DNA of 64,000 nt from Anaerolineae bacterium (GCA_034437655.1 DAOTTU010000044.1:132093-196092); one strand, 5' to 3'. Shown: positions 28,601 through 36,818, counted from the stretch's first letter. Notes: generated by a model from the sequence alone, not told the origin. Made by a program: numbers and translations.

Positions 28601-31600
28601 GCAGTAGTCAATCGTAGCCGTGTTGATTTCAATGTTGACAGGAATTCGTTCCGTCGCCAATGAAACCGTTACTGCACCACGATTCTGTTCGAGGTTCAGC
28701 GTCAGTTCTTCACTGCTATCAAGACCAGTGATGCTGATCGGGGCACTCGTCTCGCCTGTGTCTTCATAGGTTACGGTGTAGGTCGCATCGAGATCATACA
28801 TCGCGCCACCGTTGTTGACGATGGTCGCAACTGGTGCGCCTTCTACACATTCCCCACTGATCGATAGGCTCGGCGGGTTGCCGCAGTTGGTGTTGGCTGT
28901 ATCGCTGAAGGTGTAGCTACCCGGGAAGTCACTGCCTGCTTCGGTGTAAGTCACTGTGATAGAGACGTCACCATAGAAGCCTTCAACAACAATGGGGTCA
29001 GTCGATTCACCTGTTGCCAGGCTGAATTCACCACTCGCAACCGGGTTTTCTTCGGCATTGAATGCATTCACTTCATACGTACCTGTGCCGAACATATCAC
29101 CGCTTGCTTCAGCCTCATTGCTGATGACGAAGCTGGCGACAGCATTGTTGTCACAGGTGCCTTCAACGCTCAGGAGTGGTTCTTCACAGCGTTCATTGTT
29201 GGTGCTGTTGCGTGAATGCTCGTAGCGTGTTCCATTTTCATCCAACACATACAGGATGTTCGGGGTTGCGCGTTCGCCCGTGTAGGTAACGCTCGTGCTA
29301 GCAGCAACTTCTTGAGGACCAAAGGTTGTTTGGCCAATCGAGTTGTTGACGACTTCAACCGTTACCGGGAAGGGGTTCGGGTTGCTGACACGGAACTCAT
29401 GTGTTTCTGAGGTTTCCCAGCAGATTGAGGTAATGGTTACCCGTTGGATACACGGACCAATCGCACTTGAGCTTGCTTCGTTGCCAAAGCCATCGTTAAC
29501 CGTGATGGTCAAGCTACGGTTAAGACCAAAGCTCACGAACGGTACATCAACCGTGGTCTGGTTGCCTTCAAAGCTGAATGCGTCGTTGCTGTCAACTGTG
29601 TTGCCACTTTCATCAGTCACGTTCCAGCTACCGTCGGTAATCGGCGTGTCGCTGGCGTTGGTGATGGTAAAGCGCACAAGGTTTTCGTTGGTCACACAAA
29701 CACCACTGGCACTCAGTTCGGGTGCGGTGAAGGTGTTGGTGATGGTTGCGCTAGCTTCGCCGCCAGCTTCTACCTCAACAGCGCCTTCGCCGGAAACGTC
29801 CCAGGCGGGGCCGGGGTCAGTTTCAGTGACGGTGTAGGTGCCGGGTTGCAGGTCATCAAGCGTCCGTGATTCACCATCGCTCAAGGTGATGGTTTCAGAG
29901 AAGCTGTCTGGACCTGTGATGTTGATCGTAAATTCGTCGTTCAGTTCGAACTCGTTGTCACCGAGATCAACGGACTTGGTGACTGTTAGTGAACCAGTCG
30001 GCGGAGCTTCACAGCGTGCGTCACCACCTGTGCTATCGGCGCGAATACGGCCGGTGCCGGGGTGGCCGGGGCGTTGTTCAGCCTGGAAGTAATAGGCTTC
30101 GTTTTCGCCCAGTTCACGCGAGAAGACCGTTGTTGATTCTCTGCCATTCAGGGCTGGTATGTTGCCTTCTGTGACGACGTTACCGCCTTCGTAGCCATCG
30201 GACCAGACCGTAAAGGGTGCTGTACCCTGCATTGGCGCTTCACCCGTGTTGCGAACACTGAATTCGACCAGATACTGATCCACGCCTGTGTCTTCGTTGG
30301 TTACGATGTTACAGACGTAAGTCACTTCCAGGCTGGAACGGTCCCAGCATTCACCGATAGTTGTGTCGCCGAAGATTTCATACGGCTGTGCCGTAATTTC
30401 GACGCCATTGAACAGCCCGGTGTAGGTTTGCGTGTGAGATTGTTCGCCCGTCAGTTGGACGGTATCAACTGGTGTGCCGTCACTTTCGGTGATGGTGATG
30501 ATGGCCGGCGCATCTTCAGGGATCGGACCACCAGTGTTGGTGATTTCGATAGAGACGCTGCCCGGTGGGCCTTGTTGCACACACTGCGCTTCGACAGACA
30601 GACGCGGTAGTTCTTCGTCAGTGAAGACACGAACGTTGACTGTGCGTTGCAGGGTGTAGGGCAGTTCACCGTCGGTCAGGTTCAACGTCACGGTGTAGGT
30701 TCCGGTTTCAGAGTACACATAGCACTCGCTTGCGGAGCTGGTTTCGATAACATTGCCTTCACCGTCGGGGTCGCCAAAGTTCCAGCCTGTGATGGTGAAG
30801 TTACCGACCACTTCGGCTTCGTAGCAGACCTGTCCTTCGGGGAAGATTTCAGCACCGATAGAACCACTCGCGCTACGTGGTGAGAAAGCGCTGACCGTAC
30901 GACCAGCATCAGCAGTCAAGCCAGTAGAGTTTTCGATGTCCAGCGTAACGTTGTAGTCACCGGGTTGGGTGTATTCGGTGCAGATTTCAGCGGGGATGTT
31001 CGCATCTGTGTAGCTGAGCGAGTCACCGTTGCCGAAATCCCATGTCCATGAAACCAGTTGGTCTTGAATGGTGCTCAAGTCCGTAAAGCAGACACGCAGC
31101 GGGTTGTCTTCAGATGCCTGGCCCGTGCGTGGGTTGGGCGTGAAGTCCGCCTGAATGCTATTGCTTTCGACTACCTGAACATTAACCGAGGCACTCAGCG
31201 TCTGATCATTGTAGGTGATCGGCGCTTCTACTTGAATTTCGTAGTTGCCAGCTTCAGGGAAGGAAACGCTGAAGTTTGGACCACGGCTGGTTGTATCTGA
31301 GCCGACGACTGACCAGCGTGCCTGCGTGAGGTCAACGCTATTGCCAGTGGCTTCGATGTTGAACACTTCATTGCGCAGCGCGACATCTGAACCGATAACG
31401 GTGGCTTCGATGTTGGCACGTGCGACAACGGAGAACTCATCGGTATCCGTATCTTCAATACCAGGGATTGCACCTGTCAGTGTGACTGATTTCGGACCGG
31501 GGGTGTCCCAGCTTACGCAGAGTTCACCATTGTCGCTGCGGCTGGTGGTGGTTGCACCCGTTGTAATGGTGCCGCCAGCCAGATCCCAGTTCCAGGTGTA

Positions 31601-34600
31601 GGCTTCTTCTGGTCCACGAACGCGCGTAGTGTTATCCAGGCAGATTTCTTCGCCTGTAAGGACTGTTTGCGGTGTACCATCGAAACTAACGTCCAGGGAA
31701 TGCCCAGAGTAGATGCCGATTGAGGCTGGACATACGACGGAATCGTCTGCGCTGCTAACCGTGGCATTGAGTGTAAAGATACCAGCGGTGTTCCAGGCGA
31801 CCTGAATCTGTCGGCCACTACCGCTAATGGTACCATTACCACCTGTATCCCATGCGTATTCGACATTAGCTGGTTCAGCGTTGTCCCACACGATACGGTA
31901 GGTGTAGTTGTTGCCGGGGTTGGCGGGTGTACCTTCAAACCCGTCAGCGGCGTTGTCGTCAGCGTCGATGCGGAAGTCTTCACAGGTGAAGCTCTCGCCC
32001 GTGAATTCAACTTCGCGGGTGCCGCTCGAACAGTCGTCAATCAGATTGCCGTTACTATCGGTAACGACCACTGTGTAGCCCACTGCGTAGACTAAGCCAG
32101 CGTCATCAATGGACGATGCGTAGACGTAGTCATCGAAGTCGTTAGGGTTGGTACCTGTCGAGCTGTCATCAACCAGTACGGGGCCATCTTCGGTGATCTG
32201 GAACAGTTGCCAGGTCCAGGTGAAGGTCACGCCTTCGGCATCGAAGTCTAGCTCGTTGGCGCGTTCCGTCCATGTGACGGTGGTGCCAGGTGTAACCAGA
32301 CGATCGGTGCTACGGCGTGGTGGTTGGCAAACCAGTTCTTCGGGGAAACCAACGGTAATCGTAACCGTGTCCGCCGCGCAGTCCAGTACCTGTTCGCCCT
32401 CATCGGTGACCAGTACCTTGACATAAGTGACAGTGTATTCACCCGCGACGAGACCATCGAGGTTGAGCTGGTTGCTCTCAGTCGTGATCACAGTTTCGCG
32501 ATCATCACCTGCAGGGCGTGTAATCGTCCAGCGGTAGCGGATGTCGCCTTCAAGTTCGTATCCACCTGCGCTGCCGGCGGCTGTGATACGTGTACTCTCA
32601 CCGGGCAGTGCATTTCTGTTTGAAACATTATTGATCGGGCAGGTGACTTGACCGTAGCCAACGTCGATAGTTTGACCAACGCCGCCGCTACAGTCTGGTT
32701 CAATACCTGCAACTTCCGCGAGGGTAAAATCACCTACGTAAACATCAACGGTCAGCGTTTGTTCACCAGCCATCCAGGTGACCGTGTAGCTAGAGCCACC
32801 GAGAGAGGCGCTGCCATTTTCTGTCCAGACATAGGTCAGCGGTAAGCCAGCCGGGTTGTTGACGTTGGCGGTGTAAGTGACTTCTTGACCAGCGACGACA
32901 GTGGCGTCCCAACCATCAAAGCTACAACCCGAAATACCACCAACAACTTCAACCGTGATGGAGGGGTTACATTCGCGGCCAGAGGCGGTTTCAACCGTCG
33001 CACTGAGTGTGAATGTGCCTGTTTCATTGAACGTTACATCGGTAGTGCGGTTGCCGGAATTGGCAATCTCGACGCTGTCGTCACCAACGGTCCACATAAT
33101 GTTTGTGACGTCATCACCGTCAAGGCGATTAATCCGGAGTTGATATTCATGTGTCGTACCAACACCGACCGTTGTGGGACCGTTGGGTGTTGGGCAGACC
33201 AGGTCACGCCAATCGATAGTAAAGCTGCGTTCAGCTTCACATAAACCAGCAGTCGCTTCCAGTACAGCACCGTTTTCATCCAGTGCCTGAACGCTGATTG
33301 TGTAGCTGCCGGGGTCGGTGAAGTTCACACCGAGGCTGCTGCCGCTACCAGAGGCGTATTGTGTTGTGCTGCCGTCAAATGTGCGGTTCACGACCCAATT
33401 GTAACTGGTCGGGGTTGCACCTGTAACGTCAAAGCTAAAGTTGCGATTCTGGCCAACGCGACCGGGGTTGTTGCCGTTCAGTACGCAAACAACTTCCTCG
33501 TCAGACACGATGATCTGAACCGCTGTTGCTTCAGAGAAGCCACCGGGGCCAGTCGCCCGCAAGAAGACGTTGTAGTTGCCTGCAACATCGTAAGTGACCG
33601 TAACGGTTTCGCCTGTTTCGTCAAAACCATTGTCCGTATTGCCGTCTACTTCCCATTCCAGCAGCGTGTAGGTGCCTGTGGTCTGGTTGGTAAAGGTAAC
33701 TGTATCACCAACGGTGATTTGGGTTGCGCTGACATCAAATGCAGCGTCTGGTGCGGGGACACCCGAGAACAATGGGATTGTCTGGGTTGTGTTGGAGAAT
33801 TCACCGCCGGGGCCTTCAACGCGCAAGGTTGCGGAATAGCTGCCTTGAACGGGGAAGTCAACACAGGGGTTCGCGACGTCAGCGCTGGCGGGTACAGGTG
33901 GGCCACCTTCGCCGAGGTTAGCAAACGTCCATGTGTAAACCGAAACAGTACCAACGCTCTGGTCAAAGAAGCAAACCTGGTTGGGCGTGCCATCGTCGGC
34001 AAAAGCCGGGTCACTGAGTTCATAGCGGAAGTTGGCGGTAATGTCTTCACCGGGTTCTGCCACGATGATCTGTTGGGTTGCAGTACCTGTACCACCAGGC
34101 CCTTCAACATTCAAGGTAATGGTGTAGGTACCAACCGCAGTGAACGTTACATCGCCCGGGTTCTGACCGTCGGTGGTTGCTGCTGTACCGCCGCCATAGT
34201 TCCATGTCCATGTCTCAACTGGACCACCCGTATTTGTGCCTGCAACTGCTGTGGTAAATTCGCCGTTTTCGTCGAGTTCACCAACAACCGGGTTTGCAGT
34301 AATGCCGGGGATCGGTTTTTCAGCAATCTGAACAGCTTCAACAGAACCGGTGGCGTTAGAACTCCGCCCGTTCTCTGTTGTAACGATCAGCGAAACATCG
34401 TAAATGCCGGGTTCAGTCAGTTCAACCGGGGCAGGGTCGGCAACATCAAAGGTGATGTTGGTACCACCCGGTCCGGTGATCGTCCATGCCCACGACACAA
34501 TTGGGTCGCTTTCGTCGCTGGTGCTGCCGCTGTTGAAATCAACAGTCAATGGTGCTGCACCACGTGTTGGTTCTGCGATGATGCGCGCCACAACAGGGTC

Positions 34601-36316
34601 GAGCGCACCTTGATCTTCGCTGAAGCTCAAGCTACCCGTTGCTTGTAAGGTACGGTCGGCTGCATCGGTACAGTTCAGAATGATGCTGTGATCGCCGAAA
34701 CCGAACGTTTGTGGTGCCAACTCGCGGCTTGTGCTGGCCTGAGTACCATTCACCAGCCATTCGTATTCAGCAACATTGGTAGACAGATTTGTGAACGTGA
34801 CAACAAAATCTGGTGGGTTGCTATCGTCAATACTCATGTCGAAGCGGCACGTCATCGGCGCGACTTCTTCTTCTGTGACGGTAACGCCAGCAGCAGCCGT
34901 TGACGGGATGCCATTATCACCGCGCACAGTGAGTGTCACGGTGTAGGTACCGGCTTCACTGTAAATATGGGTCGGGTTCTGGGCATTGGAGCCATTCCCG
35001 TCGCCAAATTGCCACTGCCAGGAGACGATAGCGCTCTGTGGTGTGGATTGGTCGGTAAATTCAACAGTTCCGTCGGCTCTTACAAAAGCGTCAAAGGAAG
35101 CGTTCGCTTGAGGCAGTGCCTGCGCACCTGTAACCGCACCTTGTCCACCCTGCGCACCAACCGGGGCCCGCGTTGGGGCTGCTTCGGTGGGTTCCTCGGT
35201 CGGCTCTTCAGTAACGACTTCGGTGGGTTCCTCGGTCGGTTCTTCAGTGACAACTTCGGTGGGTTCCTCGGTCGGTTCTTCAGTGACAACTTCGGTGGGT
35301 TCCTCAGTCGGTTCTTCAGTGACGACTTCGGTGGGTTCCTCGGTCGGTTCTTCAGTAACGACTTCGGTGGGTTCCTCGGTCGGTTCTTCAGTAACGACTT
35401 CGGTAGGTTCCTCGGTCGGTTCTTCAGTAACGACTTCGGTGGGTTCCTCGGTCGGTTCTTCAGTGACGACTTCAGTGGGTTCCTCAGTCGGCTCTTCAGT
35501 GACGACCTCAGTGGGTTCGGGGGTTGGTTCTTCGGTTGGCTCTTCCGTTACTACGTCGGGAGCCGATGGTTCCTCGGTCGGTTCTTCAGTGACAACTTCG
35601 GTGGGTTCGGGGGTTGGTTCTTCAGTCACCACTTCCGTTGGCTCTGGTGTAGGTTCTTCAGTCTCTTGAGCGACTTCAGTCGGTTCATCAGTCGGCTCTT
35701 CAGTCGCAGGTGCAATTGGGCAACCCTGACCGTCTACGCCATTACCTTCGTCACCTTGTTGTGGGCAGACATCAACGTCGTCGTTGATACCGTCGGCGTC
35801 CTCATCGGGGTTACAGGGGTCACCAACGTTGTCATTGGCAATGTCGGGACAGGGATCAACATCGTTACCAATACCGTCGCCGTCATTGTCAAGAACGGGG
35901 CAGCCATCGGCTTGTAAACCGAAGCCCTGGTCACCCTGGTCGGGGCAGGCATCGGCATCATTACCAATACCGTCGCCGTCGTTGTCACGGACGGGACAGC
36001 CATCAGCCTGAAGGCCGAAGCCAAGGTCGCCCTCAGTTGGACAGACATCAGCGGTATCGTTGACACCATCGCTGTCCTCATCGGGGTTACAGGGGTCACC
36101 AACACTGTCGTTGGGAATATTCGGACACGGGTCATCACGATTGTTGATGCCATCATTGTCCGTATCCAGGACTTGTTGGGCCTCTGGAGTCGGAGTGTCT
36201 CCGGCGGTACCTATCAATGGTAAGTCATCACCAAAGATCAGGACACCACCAATCAACAGGACGCCAGCCACAATTAGGGCTGCTATCGTCTGTTGATTTA
36301 AGCGTCTTCCTCTCAT
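22649..36316 (-). CDS. giant (4555 aa) N-terminally membrane-anchored cell-surface repeat protein
   Basis: A single uninterrupted 13,668-nt ORF with AAGGAG 8 nt upstream of the ATG. The N-terminus is a basic stretch plus one TM helix (RRLNQQTIAALIVAGVLLIGGVLIFG). In order there follow TSP3-like DxDxDGxxDxxD repeats, a TEEPTE spacer, many PKD-type domains (W.W.FGDG...TYTVTL), an SdrD/Cna-B-like segment (SLTVTKSVD...PGTYTVTET), a Cys-bracketed module array, and PD40 repeats at the C-terminus. Confidence 0.9.
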   Translation of the reverse strand: MRGRRLNQQTIAALIVAGVLLIGGVLIFGDDLPLIGTAGDTPTPEAQQVLDTDNDGINNRDDPCPNIPNDSVGDPCNPDEDSDGVNDTADVCPTEGDLGFGLQADGCPVRDNDGDGIGNDADACPDQGDQGFGLQADGCPVLDNDGDGIGNDVDPCPDIANDNVGDPCNPDEDADGINDDVDVCPQQGDEGNGVDGQGCPIAPATEEPTDEPTEVAQETEEPTPEPTEVVTEEPTPEPTEVVTEEPTEEPSAPDVVTEEPTEEPTPEPTEVVTEEPTEEPTEVVTEEPTEEPTEVVTEEPTEEPTEVVTEEPTEEPTEVVTEEPTEEPTEVVTEEPTEEPTEVVTEEPTEEPTEVVTEEPTEEPTEVVTEEPTEEPTEAAPTRAPVGAQGGQGAVTGAQALPQANASFDAFVRADGTVEFTDQSTPQSAIVSWQWQFGDGNGSNAQNPTHIYSEAGTYTVTLTVRGDNGIPSTAAAGVTVTEEEVAPMTCRFDMSIDDSNPPDFVVTFTNLSTNVAEYEWLVNGTQASTSRELAPQTFGFGDHSIILNCTDAADRTLQATGSLSFSEDQGALDPVVARIIAEPTRGAAPLTVDFNSGSTSDESDPIVSWAWTITGPGGTNITFDVADPAPVELTEPGIYDVSLIVTTENGRSSNATGSVEAVQIAEKPIPGITANPVVGELDENGEFTTAVAGTNTGGPVETWTWNYGGGTAATTDGQNPGDVTFTAVGTYTITLNVEGPGGTGTATQQIIVAEPGEDITANFRYELSDPAFADDGTPNQVCFFDQSVGTVSVYTWTFANLGEGGPPVPASADVANPCVDFPVQGSYSATLRVEGPGGEFSNTTQTIPLFSGVPAPDAAFDVSATQITVGDTVTFTNQTTGTYTLLEWEVDGNTDNGFDETGETVTVTYDVAGNYNVFLRATGPGGFSEATAVQIIVSDEEVVCVLNGNNPGRVGQNRNFSFDVTGATPTSYNWVVNRTFDGSTTQYASGSGSSLGVNFTDPGSYTISVQALDENGAVLEATAGLCEAERSFTIDWRDLVCPTPNGPTTVGVGTTHEYQLRINRLDGDDVTNIMWTVGDDSVEIANSGNRTTDVTFNETGTFTLSATVETASGRECNPSITVEVVGGISGCSFDGWDATVVAGQEVTYTANVNNPAGLPLTYVWTENGSASLGGSSYTVTWMAGEQTLTVDVYVGDFTLAEVAGIEPDCSGGVGQTIDVGYGQVTCPINNVSNRNALPGESTRITAAGSAGGYELEGDIRYRWTITRPAGDDRETVITTESNQLNLDGLVAGEYTVTYVKVLVTDEGEQVLDCAADTVTITVGFPEELVCQPPRRSTDRLVTPGTTVTWTERANELDFDAEGVTFTWTWQLFQITEDGPVLVDDSSTGTNPNDFDDYVYASSIDDAGLVYAVGYTVVVTDSNGNLIDDCSSGTREVEFTGESFTCEDFRIDADDNAADGFEGTPANPGNNYTYRIVWDNAEPANVEYAWDTGGNGTISGSGRQIQVAWNTAGIFTLNATVSSADDSVVCPASIGIYSGHSLDVSFDGTPQTVLTGEEICLDNTTRVRGPEEAYTWNWDLAGGTITTGATTTSRSDNGELCVSWDTPGPKSVTLTGAIPGIEDTDTDEFSVVARANIEATVIGSDVALRNEVFNIEATGNSVDLTQARWSVVGSDTTSRGPNFSVSFPEAGNYEIQVEAPITYNDQTLSASVNVQVVESNSIQADFTPNPRTGQASEDNPLRVCFTDLSTIQDQLVSWTWDFGNGDSLSYTDANIPAEICTEYTQPGDYNVTLDIENSTGLTADAGRTVSAFSPRSASGSIGAEIFPEGQVCYEAEVVGNFTITGWNFGDPDGEGNVIETSSASECYVYSETGTYTVTLNLTDGELPYTLQRTVNVRVFTDEELPRLSVEAQCVQQGPPGSVSIEITNTGGPIPEDAPAIITITESDGTPVDTVQLTGEQSHTQTYTGLFNGVEITAQPYEIFGDTTIGECWDRSSLEVTYVCNIVTNEDTGVDQYLVEFSVRNTGEAPMQGTAPFTVWSDGYEGGNVVTEGNIPALNGRESTTVFSRELGENEAYYFQAEQRPGHPGTGRIRADSTGGDARCEAPPTGSLTVTKSVDLGDNEFELNDEFTINITGPDSFSETITLSDGESRTLDDLQPGTYTVTETDPGPAWDVSGEGAVEVEAGGEASATITNTFTAPELSASGVCVTNENLVRFTITNASDTPITDGSWNVTDESGNTVDSNDAFSFEGNQTTVDVPFVSFGLNRSLTITVNDGFGNEASSSAIGPCIQRVTITSICWETSETHEFRVSNPNPFPVTVEVVNNSIGQTTFGPQEVAASTSVTYTGERATPNILYVLDENGTRYEHSRNSTNNERCEEPLLSVEGTCDNNAVASFVISNEAEASGDMFGTGTYEVNAFNAEENPVASGEFSLATGESTDPIVVEGFYGDVSITVTYTEAGSDFPGSYTFSDTANTNCGNPPSLSISGECVEGAPVATIVNNGGAMYDLDATYTVTYEDTGETSAPISITGLDSSEELTLNLEQNRGAVTVSLATERIPVNIEINTATIDYCNPPALVITGQCDTENQVPTASITNNGGQMLDSTTVTVTYEDGGNPQTITIDPLGPDGSVDISDQLSNARGALTLVLDPEFAAAETPTTVSLENCNESEIGLNVQCDGTNVIGEITNNGGPLLEDLTYTITYEYPDANGQTTVSGTVEFEEGRQVLDFSNERGDVTLSIAELQLTASTENCFPPDLTLSGVCEGTSPVASIVNDGGPAQISGTYTVTYSEGTANDNVEASFGPLNAGEDFPIPNLRNDLGDVSITMAYPDGEQSDEITIENCFPPQPDFSLACVDGTDVILTLDNTNGGPMFEELTLNVTYANGPNDTVPFQLDAGETDTITLANDLGDVTVSIESELLTRTADVTSCNPPEITFSAQCDAERDLGVVTVVNSGGPMFEPEFINVEYENGETSQIEFQFDDAGSQTFDLDPNKGSATVSYGEQEAQVVPYCNPPALDITHQCVEVDEGQSFVEVTVTNSGGAMLEEQVIDVLYEDGETAQLPFTLGEGGETSFDLDANRGGATLTLAQDGFDPIIVPVPYCEPPDLQLTGQCVDDAPTAVVVNNGGQMLEGTTVSVEYSAGDPTTIDIPALGPGEEFPLTDQLSDQFGNVSLSLEGQRSSIDLENCNESNVSLNVQCEGTNLVGSIDNLGGPMLDVLSYTVDYQFGEQDFSNEIQLGEGESEVLDLTNTLGTVTVSFDGTEISASAENCFPPEPVLEGVCEGTTPVASILNSNGPTHLDGSYTITYEVGDPVEGTFPPLTAGEEFPIDGLSNERGDITITLQYPAEGRDDVTTVTDEISIENCFPPQPDFNLVCEEGTDIVLTLDNSQGGPMLDPIVLTVDYEVGDDTTIDFQLDQGETERIVLNNDQGNVTVGAFDPALTKTLDVTDCNPPVLRAEPTCLTDEGAPVPAITVFNDGGPMYSPAEYPWNATYAFDLPAESGMVSVPAGESVTLEFSNLGGAVSFEMPDFGIEASATTDNCYPPELRVEAQCDGTAAYVEVFNDGGPMAEPDVVMVDYAQDDEGAIEFTFELGAESSQRFDLDNDKGAITVMHAGTETIIDVENCNPPSLTFDAYCEGNTPIAEVTNNGGPMFSEETLNIDYEVGDDTTISFMLDEGETETYTLNNDQGNVSVTLNSLEETIDVENCFPPELALDGVCEGNTPVVTLTNSGGPIITPVSLTVEYETGDTATIEGIQLDADSNARFELDNDKGDVTVTLNDGSEEQRSISIDNCFPPELALSGVCDTELNAGIITVVNNGGPMLASETVEVTYQTGETASFDFQLDQAGTETFQIDSDKGTATASLTYSTDAGVLDQTIEFDNCFPPEVSASAVCEETEPVISITNDGGPFIDPTSYVWSVVYQTGVTAEGEITVAPGATETVTLSNEEGSFTFSIPELGINIERDTCWPPDLTASGVCVPETGEATFTVVNTGGPTIEDVTYTLSDETGTIESGVISLDNGEEFSTTTVTPGTLTFEILEFSETVTTICFEEADIEIAGFCNDDASATFTIFNRGGDMALSDDEVSWQVFNQDNVQVLEGSVVLGEDAQEMIFVPFVEGTFALEIQLASGPSARTTVADCVPETPTTATPVAEVPDVCGEIIFDEYGFPIVDMDPAGCDDTPLTRAPWTPLSIGEATCPDWLIYHTNTTGNWEIFRLGGDDEFPDDNPNLSQGDETPRIHDFAPSRSPDGQWIAFASVRDGNWEIYVAPVDNVNSGNIIQRVTYNDVAVDIDPVWSPGADADGGNYVVYESARDGQYDLYLLDVRTGMERQLTDSPASDINAFWHPDGTKLLFQSDRDRAGIFQIYELDLSAEDENGFPVTTRLSDGEGNDRDAMYSNEGDRILFRRTASPDSSVIYVMDSDGQNVEMVSDPAGFASNAVWSPDDEIFAYQSNLDGDLDIYAYEFESEVTRLITENDIPDYSPTWYCESTEVVFTSDVDSTEERLDANIFSTNALPIDADAIIVDEEANRLTTAEELDQHPQNSPAEENASRGGE
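22700..23715 (-). other. C-terminal TolB-like PD40 beta-propeller region of the giant protein
   Basis: Repeated blocks SPDGQWIAFASVRDGNWEIYV, PVWSP...YVVYESARDGQYDLYLLD, FWHPDGTKLLFQSDRDR..FQIYELD, GDRILFRR...SVIYVMD and AVWSPDDEIFAYQSNLDGDLDIYAY. Boundaries are approximate. Confidence 0.7.
23900..28900 (-). repeat. array of ~19 tandem ~85-100-aa Cys-bracketed modules (consensus N-C-[FNYW]-P-P-x-L-x(3)-G-x-C ... N-x-G-G-P-M ... V-x-Y)
   Basis: The module boundary motif recurs about every 260-290 nt. On the plus strand it appears as ...GG[CT]GGGAAGCAGTT..., for example near 24415, 24665, 24935, 25195, 25440, 25690, 25965, 26220, 26505, 26760, 27010, 27280, 27530, 27785, 28060, 28320, 28600 and 28880. 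Boundaries are approximate. Confidence 0.75.
30620..35110 (-). other. PKD / Ig-like domain region of the giant protein
   Basis: At least 12 recurrences of the PKD signature pattern (F.D.S...I.SW.W.FGDG....NP.H.Y...G.Y.V.L.V). Boundaries are approximate. Confidence 0.6.
35174..35707 (-). repeat. 36-bp (12-aa VVTEEPTEEPTE) coding tandem repeat / acidic Pro-Thr-Glu spacer
   Basis: There are nine near-perfect 36-bp units at 35183-35506, flanked by degenerate units up to 35707. The plus-strand unit is CTTCGGTGGGTTCCTCGGTCGGTTCTTCAGTGACAA or similar. Confidence 0.9.
35717..36166 (-). other. thrombospondin type-3-like Ca-binding repeat region (5 DxDxDGxxDxxDxCP units, with an internal duplication)
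   Basis: DTDNDGINNRDDPCP, DEDSDGVNDTADVCP, DNDGDGIGNDADACP, DNDGDGIGNDVDPCP and DEDADGINDDVDVCP. The block GFGLQADGCPV.DNDGDGIGND occurs twice. Confidence 0.7.
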
Positions 36317-36789
36317 ACAAAGCGCTCCTTAAAAAATGAACTGAATGGGATGAAATGCAGAAACAGTTGCCTGACTGGCGTTACGTTCACAGTACTTGTG
36401 TCGCAGCGTCAGGGCAAAAAGTGTTGGATGAATATTGTAGATATAGTGGTGAGAATGATTGATTTTCAATATGCCGCGTAATGTTACTAAAGGTCCCATA
36501 GTGAATCATCTGTTTCTAGCAATGTTTCCAATGGGTAGTATACGCCGAAGCGTGGAATGTGCAAATTTACATGCCATCAAATTTATAAGGTTTGAGAATT
36601 GGTTTGCGTCTTAACAGGTTTTGGCCCGGCTTAGAGAACACGGTAATGATTCTATAGCGCGGGGAAAGTGGCAGTAGCAAAACCTTCAGTGCAGCGTGGC
36701 AAGATACTCCCAGGTTGAAATACACCTGACAGTAACTATTGGTTTTACGTAAATACGTTCTTATGTTACATGTGCGCCTGGGCTTACGC

Positions 36790-36818
36790 TTGCCTGCCAA
36801 CCATGACTACGCTACAAT
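36790..36818 (+). promoter_or_regulatory. candidate sigma70-type promoter of the T-box leader
   Basis: TTGCCT (36790-95), a 17-nt spacer, then TACAAT (36813-18), about 35 nt upstream of Stem I. Confidence 0.45.

Noticed and set aside
35174-35707. The regular 36-bp repeats could be mistaken for a CRISPR array.
   Set aside because: The repeats are directly adjacent with no unique spacers, are in frame within a CDS, and encode a peptide repeat. No cas genes are in the window.
33359-35917. Long plus-strand ORFs inside the giant gene: 33359-34648 (429 aa), 34967-35917 (316 aa) and 35187-35669 (a GSSVGSSVTTSV repeat).
   Set aside because: They lie antisense to a far longer ORF rich in recognisable domains. 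Their sequences are low-complexity mirror images of the TEEPTE and PKD coding repeats and have no RBS. They are shadow ORFs.
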